DNA of 64,000 nt from Blasia pusilla. Taxonomy: Eukaryota. This document shows, piece by piece, positions 15,850 through 29,100 of this stretch; position 1 is the stretch's first letter; every line of letters starts with the position of its first letter. A model generated the notes under the pieces. That model was not told the origin of the DNA and made no database searches. It saw nothing but the letters and a program-made list of their open reading frames with translations. Location of the stretch: assembly GCA_050084515.1 (NCBI GenBank), contig CM114271.1, positions 44,826,001 to 44,890,000 on the forward strand, read 5' to 3'. The position numbers and the translations under genes were made by a program.

Positions 15850-17640
15850 GAAGACATCCATTATGCCGATTATGGAAAGGGAGAAAAGAGATAAACTCTC
15901 TTGACGAGGATTGATTGGGAGAAGACCATTTAGATAGTAGACTTCATTACAAGTCCATAATAAACTATGTTGTAAAAATAAAAGATCAAAGTAATTTTTA
16001 GAGGGGGGAACCCAAAAACTTCCATGTAGATCCTAGTTTAGACGTAGGTGTTCACGTTCACCAACTTCTTAACAAGTTGTTTGCCTAATATTACCAACTT
16101 CATAATAATGAAGTAGGTAATGGAGGAAAGTACATAAGGGACTACCAACATGAGAATACAATAGAGATCCAAATTAAACTTGATATGCTTCGTGAAGCAT
16201 GCAAGCCATTCTTTTTGCAAGCCAAGGTATCTCCACTAGCTTTTATCATGCATATTTTCATTAATGTTTGGCACACGATATGCCCAATATAGCATTTGAT
16301 GAACTCTTTGAATTGCTAGAGCAGCATGTACTTCCATAAGGTAATTGAGAGTCAACAAATCATTATGAGGTCAAGAAGTTAATGAGCAAGGGTGGATTAG
16401 GTCATAATACTATTTATGATTTTCCAAAAGGGTATGTTTTGCTTTGTGGGAATCTTCATGAAGATGAAGAATGTCCAAAATGTGGAGAGACAAGATACAA
16501 AAAAATTGGGAATTAAGTCCATGGTTCCATCCAAGGCCTGGAGGCATTTTTCTATCATCCCAAGACAACGTGTGTTCATATTTAATGCACTTTCAAAATT
16601 GATGTGTGTCGTGCGCATACATATCGCTACACAACATACATCGCTGGTCACATCTACACCACACAACACCGATCTTCCCCACACACGGGTCGATCCACAC
16701 ATGTACAAAAATCAACTCATACATATACATGGAGATCACACAAAACAAAATAAAGAGTAGTAAAAACGGCACACCCGGCCTAAAACTCCACTCCTCAATC
16801 TACATCGGCATATCAAGCCTCGTCCACCCTATGCTATCAAGAAATCCGGAGGCTAGCACCCTAGTCCTATCTCACACACATACAAGGGAGGTGCTCCAAG
16901 GCCCAACATGAGAAAGATGACTTTGGAAAGCCATCTTCCTCTATTATATAGGGTTGGGAAGAGCCAAAAGGCTCTTCCCCTAAAAATAGCCCTCCCCTTG
17001 GTAACCTGCGCGCACAAGTTACCAGGGGCGGGTGACCTGGTCAACAAGTCACCCGATTGTAAAAGACCTCAACATGAAAGTCGTCAGAAACGGCGTTCCT
17101 GACACAATGGACCTATCCTCAACCTCATCCGACACTGTGGGACAAAGGTACACTCAAGATAGTCCGCTGGCTCCTACGCCCTATCCACAATAGATCTTGG
17201 CCTATCGGTTACTCAGATGTGACATGTGCTACACTCCAAATAATATGAGCACATCGGGTATTGTTAGCCATAACGGAGATTCAAAAGCATGGAAAAATAT
17301 AGAGCAATTGTATCGAGACTTCTTACTTGAAAATAAAGATTGTAGATTCTTTTCTCATTAGATGGTATGAACTCCTTTTTTAGAAAAGTATAGCTCGTCG
17401 TTTATCTATCTTGTTTTAGTAGTGACTTATAAATTTCCGACCACCTTGACTCCAAACCAAGAGATTCTTCATTCGATTGGTTTTGATCATGCTCTCCAAA
17501 GGGAGTCTAAATGCAAAGAATATTGACCTCTCTTGGGCTGCAATCGTGGAGGAGTTCATACAACTAGACAAGATGTAGAGTTTAACGATACGAGAAAATT
17601 AAATGGGGAGAGGAAATGTACATTTATAACCCTAATTATT
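15850..17640 (+). pseudogene. CACTA/EnSpm TnpD (Tnp2) transposase remnant
   Basis: KAWRHFSIIPR, GDSKAWKNIEQLYRDF, SLDGMN and YKFP motifs. Split by the solo AB at 16607-17224. Confidence 0.65.
16607..17224 (-). mobile_element. Solo AB unit of family 2
   Basis: Minus strand reads TGTCACATC...GCGCACGACA and is colinear with A2B2 at 52918-53558. TGTG on both flanks (16603-16606, 17225-17228). Confidence 0.85.
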
Positions 17641-18940
17641 TGGACCATTTGGGAAAAGTCTTAGGGAAAAACTTCCTTGGAATATTTGTGGACCTAAAGT
17701 ACACTCAGACTTCTTTAATAAAGGTGGAAATCTATATTTGGAGTTCATCTTCAACATTTGCACCCGAGCCACGAATGGAGGCATAGAAAATATGGAATCC
17801 ACTTTAATGGTACATGCAAGTCTATAGAAAAATGAGCTTTTGGGAGCCACATTCATTCTAAGATTATCTTGCGCAATACATGTTGTAAAAAACCTTCCAA
17901 ATATATCTCAAAAAATGAGATTCTACGATGGGCAGAGGAAAAGGCGAGATACAAAAAAATGGTGGGCAAGAACATTATCTACAAGACCCTTATGACACGT
18001 CGAGAATCAAAGTTAGGAGAATATTGTTTGACATCCCATATTGGAAAGTATCCAACATAAGGAAAAGTAATTTTGACCAAACTTATTGGAAAGTATTTGA
18101 CACACTTTCAAGCTTTGTTGAACGTAATGGTTTTGTTTATATGATTGATCAATCCTTACAGATAGTAAATTTTGGTTCTCTTGACAACCCCACCCTTGTT
18201 ATTTGCTAGCTTCTTTTCATCCCCCATACAATATAGGCAAAAAAAAAACACACAATTTGTTTGCATAATAAAAAATAAGAAGATTGCTTTCCTTGGATAC
18301 CTTATTAGTATTAGTTGTGATACAAAACATACCTAAAATTTGGTACCTTTTTTTAAATTCTTAAATAGCTGCGATCATCGGGTTACAACCCCCTCCCCCC
18401 CCAAAACATTACGGAGTGAACAACATCTCGGACCGTTGATTTATCAAAAACTACATTATCTTCCAAGGTATGCGACTGTACAGCAGCCAAAAATTCCCAT
18501 TTTTGGGCCTCGTATTTCAATGTATAGCCAAACCCCAATTACGCCATATTATGCATATGGAGAAAATCCAAGAGGAAAATATTGTGAAAACAAAATTTTC
18601 ATTATTCTCATTATTGTCATGTCTTCATTCACCAAAATTTCTCCATATTTCTTGTGAGGGCCAATAAGTGAAGAAGTGATTATCACTATCACAAGGCTAA
18701 GATAGATTCTTAAGAGCGTTTTAGTGAAGATGTGGTATCCTTATCACTATGAGAAGTTTCATGGAGATACTTTGGTCAATGTATGCTTATAGATATGCAC
18801 TTTCGAGATGGAGTCTTTGAATGTCATAACTCGTATTCTCCTACACCTCTTAGAGAAGTTAGATATTTGTGGGGAGTTTATAGCATGTCAATAGATATAC
18901 CCTACAAGTGTTATACAACAAGAGCACTCAAGGGAGTTGA

Positions 18941-19160
18941 TGTGAGAAAACATAAAGTGACAAAATCACTGAAATCTTTACAAAACTTAGAGATACAAAG
19001 TGGCCTAGTCCGTCCGTGCTCTCACATAAGAGCTTGATGGAACGTGAACTGGGAGATAACTCGACATACGAGAATGCGCTACCGCTGCGGCTCCCGACTA
19101 TTTGACTACTCGGGAAAACTAGGGTTTTTACCTATTTGTCTTCATTTCTATTAATAGAAA
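18941..19160 (+). mobile_element. Truncated LTR of the family also at 33642-44073 and 45305-45775
   Basis: TGTGAGAAAA start. Colinear with 33642-33679 joined to 43711-43900. Confidence 0.65.
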
Positions 19161-21989
19161 AATTTTGTATCAGACTGAAAAGGTTTTCTTCTTGCCAACT
19201 TGAATGATAGCAATCCACTTCACCACCATCCATTTGTATTTCCTTCATACATAGAGCAAGTTTGTTTTATGGAGATGGAGTTGATGGAAGTGAGTGGAGA
19301 GTAGTACTTTTGAAAGAAGCTAGGTCTCGCTGCATTTTTGTAGATGTGTCTAATGTGAGTAAGGATTCGAGTTGTAGGTACCATAGGCCATGGCCTAAAG
19401 GTAAATTTAAAATTGTCAAAATATTTATCATGTATGAATAATACTCTCATTGAACAAAATGACATTAAAGTTGTTATAGATCAATCAAATGTCAATCATG
19501 TAACTTGAGTGGAAGTTTTGCAAGACATGGTAAACAAAGAGATACAATACAATTTGGTAGTTAACAAAGAGGACAACCAATGATCTAGATTGCTTTAGAA
19601 ATGCCACTTTATGTATGTTTATAATATGTGGTAAGGTCTCTTATGGGGATCAACCTTTCCCTTCATTTTGATAGTTATTAGACCTGATTATTATGGGTCC
19701 CAATACTTTCAAAACAAGTCTTGCCTTCACAAAAATCCAATCCCCATTTTGTGTTCAAGTATGAAGCTAGATATTGGAGAGAATGACCTCGAAAATAGAT
19801 TTGGTGAAGTAGAAGTCCAAACTCTTCACAACTAGAAAATTTGAAAGACACCTTGCTCTAGATTGTGGAAAAGTCAAGTTGGCATTGTTCATTCCAAGGA
19901 ACTTTTGTATAAAAAAATTGGAAGCCCTTTTTTATAGTGACGGTTTGCGGGATGCATGCCACCAAAAAAGAGCCAAATTGTGTGCACAAAGATAATATAA
20001 GTAAAGATATTATCCAAGCCTCGTGATATATATACCATCCAATGATTGAGAAAGGGATGGATTAAATTGGAAGAGGTAATGAGGATTATGATGATACTAC
20101 TCATAGTCATTTGAAAAAAGAGAGAGCTTGACCACCCAAAAGACTACAAATTTGACTTCCATGATGTGGATGAAATTTTTTCCACTGATAATGAGATGGA
20201 GGCTACTCTAAAGGCTTATGAGTAGAATCATGACCATAACATATAAGAGAGGAAAGAGATGGAGAGAGCCCTTTTTCAAAAATTATAATTGAAATTTGTA
20301 TTCTTGGTGTAATGTTCAGGGTTGGGCTTCATTTAGTGGCTTAGTGCTTGCAATTTCCAAAAGGTCACTTAAGTATGATCTGTACATATATTTGTTTGTG
20401 GTGTGGAGTGAATATGCTTGTGTTTATCAACTTGTTACTAATGAAACAATTCATAAGAAGATTTTTTTTTAAAGTATGCATATCCATCAACTATAATGCT
20501 TTTCCAACATAGCTTAAAGGTTTCCATAGAATATATATTCTCTGGTCTCTTTAGGAAAAAAAATGGCCTCAAGAGAAAAAAATTAGAATCTATCTAAGAT
20601 ATCATGTCTCAGATTGAGGAAATGGGATATATCTACGAGGAAGATTATGGGGTCTATGAAGAGTCACTTGATCTTGTAGGTAAACATGATGTATTCATTT
20701 CAAGAGTTCTTGACTGATAGACAAAGAATTGTAGTATGAGATACTAACCATGTTTGTTTGTCGATTGAACTTATTGTGTTTAATTAACAAGATATTTGAT
20801 GTGTGTGTCTGTGTAGGGAACACGTGGTTTAAAAAAATACACTTTGAGGATGTACAGACCAAAAAATTGCTCTCATCAATAGGGAGCATCTACATCCTCT
20901 TACACGAGTAGATAGGGAAAAAATATTCCACGAACCTCCATATCCCTCTCACACTTGGAGAGGGGGTCCTTCTTGGGGTGGGTGGTATAACTAGCATCCT
21001 CCCAGTGTATATGGAAGGTCTTGTGAGCAAGACGCTTAACCCATGGATGAAAGACCTTTCCATCCTAGAGATATTGAGAGGAACATGGAGAGGGTTTTCC
21101 AAGGGGAAGATACATGCGGGACTATTCACTGCTTTGGATGAATCTCAAAGACAAGATTCCTATAGTAATATACGACGTGATATAGTAGAAGAGTAAGGAT
21201 ATGAAAATCTCGGATACCCCATTGCAAGTTGCTACCAATGGCATGGAGCAAGCATACATTTGGATGAAGATTCATTTCATATCACTTATCTATTATGTAT
21301 TTCTTGTTATCTTCAATAATCTAATAGGAGTTTTTAAAGGTTTTAATGTCTAGAGAATCATAATGATCCTTTAATTGTAAATGGATTCACCTCTCATTTT
21401 TGCCACTAGCTTTTCATTTTGAAGTTGCATGTGTGTATTAACTGTATTGACTTTGGTCACATTTCTTCAACCATATTTCCGATTATTTTCGTTACAAGGG
21501 ATCCATATAGTAAAATCCAACCATGTATGATTTCCACCTCATCGAAGAAAACACTCTTTGAGTGTTTTTTTGAAAAAATGAGAAGTGAGGATCCTTGCCT
21601 CATCAAAGAAAGTGTGACCTTTTGAATAAAGAGGGCTCTAAGTAGAGTAAGTCCCATCTTTGACTTAGATGTGAGTTTTTTAGACAAGATGGTCCGATAA
21701 TGCAACCCCTTGTTATAATGTATATATGGTTGAGTGATGTAAAGGTATATGTGGATGATATGTTACTTGGATATTTCATGTTTGGACATAGATAAGCAAG
21801 ATATTATTTTCATGGCCACTTTTCGTAATCATATGGACATGGCTTAAGAATATGTATGTGCATCTAGTTTAAACTAGGATTGCTTAAGGAAGAAGATGTC
21901 TTCTTTTTTAAGGACTACTAGTAAAAAACATATATTGTTGTCACTAATCAAACCAAAAAATAGTATACTCATATATATATCGTTTGCGA

Positions 21990-24900
21990 AGAACTCTAGC
22001 AAGAGGTGATGTTAAACATATCTCATCATCTCGAACATCCACCATAGACTAGCATTGTGGTTGCACCTCTAGCAAATCCACCCAACATACATCGCAAACG
22101 TATATGTATCATTAACAAGCTTGAATCAAGTATACCATCGACATTGGGATGGTGATATGGCCTCTAATTTTATACATGGTCACCAAACCATACTATCACA
22201 CCACTCTAAGACGAGGACACCAAGTGGAAAAACTTCATATACCCACAAAATAGTGTGCCTTGTAGTCACATCAAAAGTTGTTACCAAACTCAAGATCATC
22301 CGCTATAGGTAGACATAATTCCTCTTATGGAGCTTTTGGATCACCATTTGATAACTCCTCTCCAAATGGTGGCATACCTCAATCAAGGCCTAAATATATC
22401 CTAATGTTGTGGGAAATTTCCAAGCTCTTGAATGCCACGGTCCTGGTTGCAAAAAATAGGACAAGTCTAGATATATCCATGAACGCGGATTGTAAGAGGT
22501 GGGGCTCACACTTAAAGTTCACAATGGAAGTAAGGGCAAGGACGAATGTGGCAATAAGGGAGAGGGAGTGGAGATGGAGGGAGGAAGAAATGGGAAAGTA
22601 TGGAACCTCAAGGCAAGTGGGGGAAATGGGAAAAATGGGGAAGGTAGGGCCCACATAGACAAGTCCTTCTATAAGACGGACATACCTCCACAAACATGGA
22701 CATGTACGTGGACACAAACCTATTCCACATACAACCTTGGCCACGGTCATGACTCTCGTAAATGTCTCTACTACTTATAAATGTAATCATATCCACACAT
22801 CATGTTCATAAAGGATTTAACACCTCACTAGCATAACAATGGCCGTAGGTACATCCATCCCATTGTCCAAAGAGCAAAAAGTAAGGTGAAGAGGATGTCA
22901 AGGATGCATGCCTACTAGACCTATATCTCATTGCCAACCATAGCAATGGGATATAGATCTCCAATCTCCCAAGAGACTTCTTTAGAGGCCATATTCGGGA
23001 AAACCCCTATTCACCATGTGTATTACTTGTTTGGCTAGACCATCCCCCTTGGGATGATCTTTCAAAATCATTCGACGGTGGATCAAAAACTCCTTACGCA
23101 AGCCTTGAAACTCCCCACAATACTCAATTCCATGGTCTATCAACACTTCTTTTGGTGCAATACCATACCGACTTAGCAATCAATAAAGGAATGCATAAGC
23201 TACTTGATTACTTGCCTTGTTGTGCCATATAACAACCTATATCCACTTTGAGAAGTACTTGACCATTACCAATACACATATGTTTTGGGGCTTTGCCAAT
23301 GATAAGGGCCTTGCAAAATCCAAGCTCTGTAGCATCCTAAACCCATGATTGGATGTAGATGCAATTGTGTAGTGGGAGCATTGATCAATGCTTGAACTCT
23401 ATCACACCATCCATATAGTGAAAAATGATTGTACGTCTCTTTGTATGCCTCATCACCAATATTTTACTTGGAGCAAGCTATATATATGCTTTATCTTAAA
23501 ATAACCCAACTCCTCATAGGCATGTTGTCTCAATTGGCTCTCTACACGGATAAGAAAACACTCGTATAGTTTCATCCTCATGAATTCGAAAATCATTTTT
23601 GTCTTCTTGCCTAGGGCATCTCGCTTATTGTAGGATGCAATCCTATCATCTCGCTCTCTCTAGTTCCCACTATGTAGTTAATATATAGATATTTCAAGAC
23701 AACCCCATCCTCATAGATATCTTCAACACTTATTGCATCCTCACTATTTACACTATAGAAAATTTGGATTCGTAAATCTATTGATTAGATTAAAAATTGA
23801 TAACGAAACAAATTCAAAGGCTTTGGTTCGAGATCAAGTTTTTTCCTCTCAAAATAGAGCTATAATATCACCGCCACCTTCCATCACCCTTACTCCATAA
23901 ATTTAAGAATAGCATCTCTAATCAACGACATAGCCAATGAGAGATTAAATAACCTAATGGAAGTCAATAATTAGCGATCCATTTGATCATTATATCTTTC
24001 CTCGAACAATTGGATTACGCCTTGCATAATATTATGGCCATAGATTGGATGGCAATTGTAAATTGCTGAGGGGATATTGTTGCACAAGTAAATGTAGACT
24101 TAACTTTCTTTGTCCCATGGACCTTATTGAGAACAAGGTAGATTTCTAAAGGTGGGCTGCATGCATTTTGATAGGGAAGTCTATAGGGAATGGAACCCTT
24201 GGTTGGAGGGATTTTTTTGGAAGCGTTCTTGAGTGGTATACTCAAGTGTGAGGGTGTATATGTAAGAACAGTGGGAATCAAAATTCAATCACTACAAAGA
24301 AGGTGTGCTTTATGCTCCCCGTAAGAGTCTCAAAAGCAAAAAAGGGAGAGCCTGAAAAACCAAAAAGATGACGGGAAAACCCATCAAAAGTACAAAAGAG
24401 GGTTACTCAAAGAGTTGAGTGCATAAAGGTCACATCTGGCCCATGGGAAAAAAAGGAGATCCCCTGTTGATTAAACTTACCTTCAATAGAGACAATATCA
24501 ACGATGTTTAGAAAAACATGACTACCACTAAGAGGGCCTCTAGCACTAGCATCTCCCATGGTCCGAGTCTGCCTCAAAAGCCCATTGGCTTGGGCACACT
24601 ACAAAGCTATGGAAACCCTTTTCCTCCAATGAAGAATTGTAGAAACTAAAGACAACCCATTTCTCGATTGGAGACAATGAGCATAATCTGTAAGGAACAA
24701 GTCAAACATCTTCCCATAGCCCCATACGTCTTTGTGTCAAGGGGGACAAATTGATGTCCATTATGATGTCAACTATAGTCTTTTTCTCCTCCCCTGCTCC
24801 TTGTAACAATCTCTCTTGTACTATTATATGGGCTCGTATAGATTGTTGCATAGAATTTGTCACTACAACATCCACCACCACCACCACCTTAGTCTCTCGC

Positions 24901-25280
24901 ATCACATAGGGATCATCATAAATAAAGGAATCTCACATGGAGTAGTGTCACTCTCACTACATGTGGAAGCCACTCTCACAAGCAATAAAAAACATGATAT
25001 ATGCTCATCATCATAAGTGGAAATCCTCTCATTCCCAACCAAACAATGTACCAAATGCACACCAAAAGGATCTAGGTTTTGTCGACATGTATGATATGCC
25101 AAACCTAGATCTAAGTCTAGGTCGTCGAGTTCAAGTACCCCAACCAAATCTCGTCGAATCTCAGATAGTGAATCTGGCTTGAAAACTCTCCCTTTGTATT
25201 CACTTCAAGAGAAAGAAACCAAGATAAGCATTCACGTGCTTTAGCTCACTAGGCCAGATCAATAAGGCCTTGATTTGTTC
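21990..25280 (-). pseudogene. Heavily decayed split-repeat-family polyprotein (gag and integrase-PHD pieces) with secondary inserts
   Basis: ORF 22982-23179 (LSRYGIAPKEVLIDHGIEYCGEFQ...DHPKGDGLAK) matches the integrase core at 41850-42040. PHD remnant ~22030-22100. Gag-like MGDASA at ~24560. Confidence 0.6.
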
Positions 25281-26155
25281 TCGAACACTCAAGTATCTAG
25301 TATTTCTCATTCCAACATATATAAACATATCATATTTCTTTCCACATATTTTATTTGTAGACCAAGCTCTATACATGCTCTTTTTTTCATGTCATCACGT
25401 TCTCAATATAGTGAGTGTCTCTTCAATTATCAAATTATGAAGATATTTGATTAAAACACTAAACGTGTGTACAATATTGTTGAGAACTGATCATCTTGAA
25501 GGTGATGGTTGTATATGGTCTTCCTTGAATCAAGATGCACACCTCAGCCAAACAAGATTGAGAGAACTGAAGCTTTAATTGCAACTGTGTATGAGGAAAT
25601 ACAATTAGAGAAGATCATCACGATAAAAGCACACTTAAAGAGGGTTGAAGAGGTATCTGTCGAATACTACATTCAAGGTCTTTTGGATGAGGCTAAAGAA
25701 AATGAATCTCTTCCTTATTGAAGGAATCGTGATTTGAATAAGAAAAGGGGAATGTATAATAAGACAAACAAGAAGGAACAAGATGTCCAAAACAACTATT
25801 AAGAGTGGTCACAAAAAAGTAAGTAACATGTTTAATGTATGGAATTTGGTGTATGTGAAGTGTTATATCTCTTAAAGATATTGGTATACCTTTGTTGTCA
25901 TAAATTTATTTCTTGTAGTGTACCTTTGAATGAGTGGCTTTTAGTTAGGTTCCATAGTGACAATGATCTATCTTTGTCTTTCGCTATATATTTTCAAATG
26001 ATATGGGAAAGACCTTGGGACAAAGCTTGTTCAAGTGAGATTGAGAAGTCCACTTTAAAAGAGTTCGTTGCATTTTTTTAGATGACTTGTAAGTATCACT
26101 CAAGCAAAACCTACTATTGGTAGATTTTGGGTCCAAAGTTTATACGTAATGAGTG

Positions 26156-29100
26156 TGTCGTGCTCATACACATCATTATACAACATACATCGCTATCACC
26201 AAACATACACACAAATACGGACGATCCCATGCTAACTCATGCAATACACACAACTAGACGAGAGGTACAAAAATATTTCCAATTAAATCAAGGAAATCTC
26301 TCTCAACATCTCAAACCAAACTCTCCATGGTGTGCACTCTCTCTCATGTCAAACCAAACCCACTCTCCTAATGAGAGGCTTGGATAACACACACAAGGCA
26401 TGGAGGACCATTGCTCCGCCGCCTTATGCCAAGAGGTTCAACAAAGAGAGAATGAGCTCTCAAGCTGTCTTGGAAGTATACCCCCTTCCTTCTCCGAAGC
26501 TCTCTCCTCGGTAACTTATGCTTGCATGTCATCTCCTTGGCTCTTGACCTATTGTAGCGGGTCAAGGGTCACTTCCCAAAGTGGAAAGTAAACTATACTA
26601 TAAATGGTAATGTACCCAAAATAGTAAGTTATCTATATGGCTCCAAATGAGCCGAAACAAAGGGGAAACCTGCTCTCTCATGTTATATGTGGCCTCAGCA
26701 GGTCATCCTCGACTTCATGAGGCTGTCCTCCAATATCTCCAAAGGTGCTCTACTAGATATCGCCGATCTATCTGTGGATCCAACTCCGCAGCGGCTCCAC
26801 GCGTAACAACAACGGCGACCTCCATCAGGGCAACCCCGCACATCCAACCAAGATCGTCCATATCTCTGGTTGGTCCGTCGATGCCACGGATTCGGCATCG
26901 GATAACCTCAATGCCATAGCGGCAACTACTATTGTAGGTGCTCTATCTGAGCAGCCATCCCAGCCTCACGCGTGACGTCTCTCTTGACACGTCTAGGTGG
27001 CGGGACTCTCCCTCCTCCACGGGAAACTCCACCACCCCCTCAAGCGAATCCAACTCTTCATCCCCCAACATGACCACCTGGTGCACGACCTCTAGGCTCA
27101 TACGGACCAGCAATTGGCTCTGATGCCCTCTCTGCCTCTCAGTCCGGACGTAACTCATGGTGTAGGTGAAACATTTGGCACGTGTGTGACACTACCTCTG
27201 AGAATAGTCACACTGATAACCTCCTAGTGCAGCACCATCTCCTCCTCCATTCTGAGGCACGCGTCCATGACCTTGACGAGTGCAATCGTGCTCATGATGG
27301 GCTCCACCACACGACCAACAAATAATCATAGGCGGCTGCTGGTGAGCGGCATATGCAGGCGTAGGTCTTTATGGCACAAGCTCGCGCTAACCTCCATGCG
27401 CTCCCGATGCCTCTATGAGAATCCTCCACGTTGCTGCATTGGTGGTGCAAATACTCGTGGCTGCTCTCGCCCAAAACTCATGGTGGCTATGATCTCCTCT
27501 ACCATGTTGCGCTCAATATTCTCAGCGGTCCTAAATACATCTTTCAACGTAAGTGAGGTGTTCATAAGAAGCACCCCTTCCCGCACCGGTGTCCGTAGGG
27601 TTCGGTCCTTCATCGCATACCATGACTGGATAGCATGTGACTCTCTCATCCCCTGAGTGACGTTAATCAACCGGCGCAAGCGAGTGTAGGCCTCCAAAAA
27701 ACTCTCACCCGAGCACCTTTGGAAGTCGTGGATGCTCCGCAACTTCTCCATCTGTACCCCCTGGTAGCTCATCTGTAACTCAACCACGGGGTTGAACTTA
27801 GGACGAACCCAATTGGACTATGCAAGTGCTCCATTGCAAGTTATCCCTCCTAAAACATCACTTGTGGAAAAAGCCTCTCATGACTCCTCCTCCTCATTGA
27901 GAAATGGCTCAGTCCATGACACATAATGTGGGTCATAGTAGAGTCTCCATGCCTCATTCTCCTTGGTATATTGGTGGGAGAACTCATGGTAATTGTCAAT
28001 GGGTGCCCCCTTTAGGTGCTCGAACATACCATTCCATGTTTTGAATGGGTTGAACTCTCTAGAGTTTCTAGCCAACTAGGTCTGAGTCACACCAACTCCT
28101 AAACTCTACAATGAAGTCGTGTAACTCTATAGTGCCTATACCACCCAAAAACCTATGCGGTCCTCTATCCCGGTCATCCATCTCGTACGGCCAACTTATA
28201 GGACCACTTAATATGTGTGGTGATGCACTAACAACATCCTCTACTCTCTCCCCCTTGTCTGAAGATGACACAGAAGGAGATCAAAGTGATCTCTCATATG
28301 GAGACCCTCGAAACCTCGCACCACTCCGGATAAATCCTCTAGACCTACTCTCAACTCCACCACCTCGCCTCTCAAAGTCCTGAAAGGACTCCGTGATGAC
28401 CCTTGTGCCCCTCTTGCACGATCACTCTCAATCTCATGAGTAATCACTCAATCACTCAACTAAATAAGCAACACTCAGTCCACACTCCCACTCCCACTCA
28501 GACGTGTATTGTGTGGCAACAAGCGGCGTGGTGCGGAAAATCAACTCACCTATCATCTCATCAACAAAGCATATCCTCAACTCTAGACACGGGTCTATGT
28601 CCGCTAAACCCATACATGAATGATGCTCTCAGCATTTGCATGACCCCCAATATCCCCAAATAACTACCCAATACCCGGAAGTCCTTAACACGTGTAGGGA
28701 AAAAGATCATAATGGGTAACTGAACAAATGTCAATCGCTCCTCAACAACTACAAATCTTGACCCTAACTCGATCATGAAGACAAACTCCTCCAAATAGCA
28801 AGTTGTACTCCTTTGGTACTGAGTATGCTCCAAAATATCCTCGATGTGCGATGCGGGTCCAACGGTACGGTGCGGCACTAAGAGATATACCCTCCTCAAT
28901 AGCACCACACACTCTGTTCTAATGATGTTGCAGCTCCGCGATCAAGATAGTGCGGTGCGGCGATGAGTGGCACGGCGCAAAAATTGGTGGCGAGTTGCGA
29001 CCACAAGCGTCACGGCATGATACTCGATCGTTGTCGAGCGGCTACCACCTTAAGACATAGCAAGTCGTGAAGAAAAATGGGATCCCATCAATCCAAAAGG

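Noticed and set aside
19160-21950. Traces of further Gypsy RT, RNase H and integrase (also 57000-58200)
   Set aside because: Too decayed to delimit or classify by eye.
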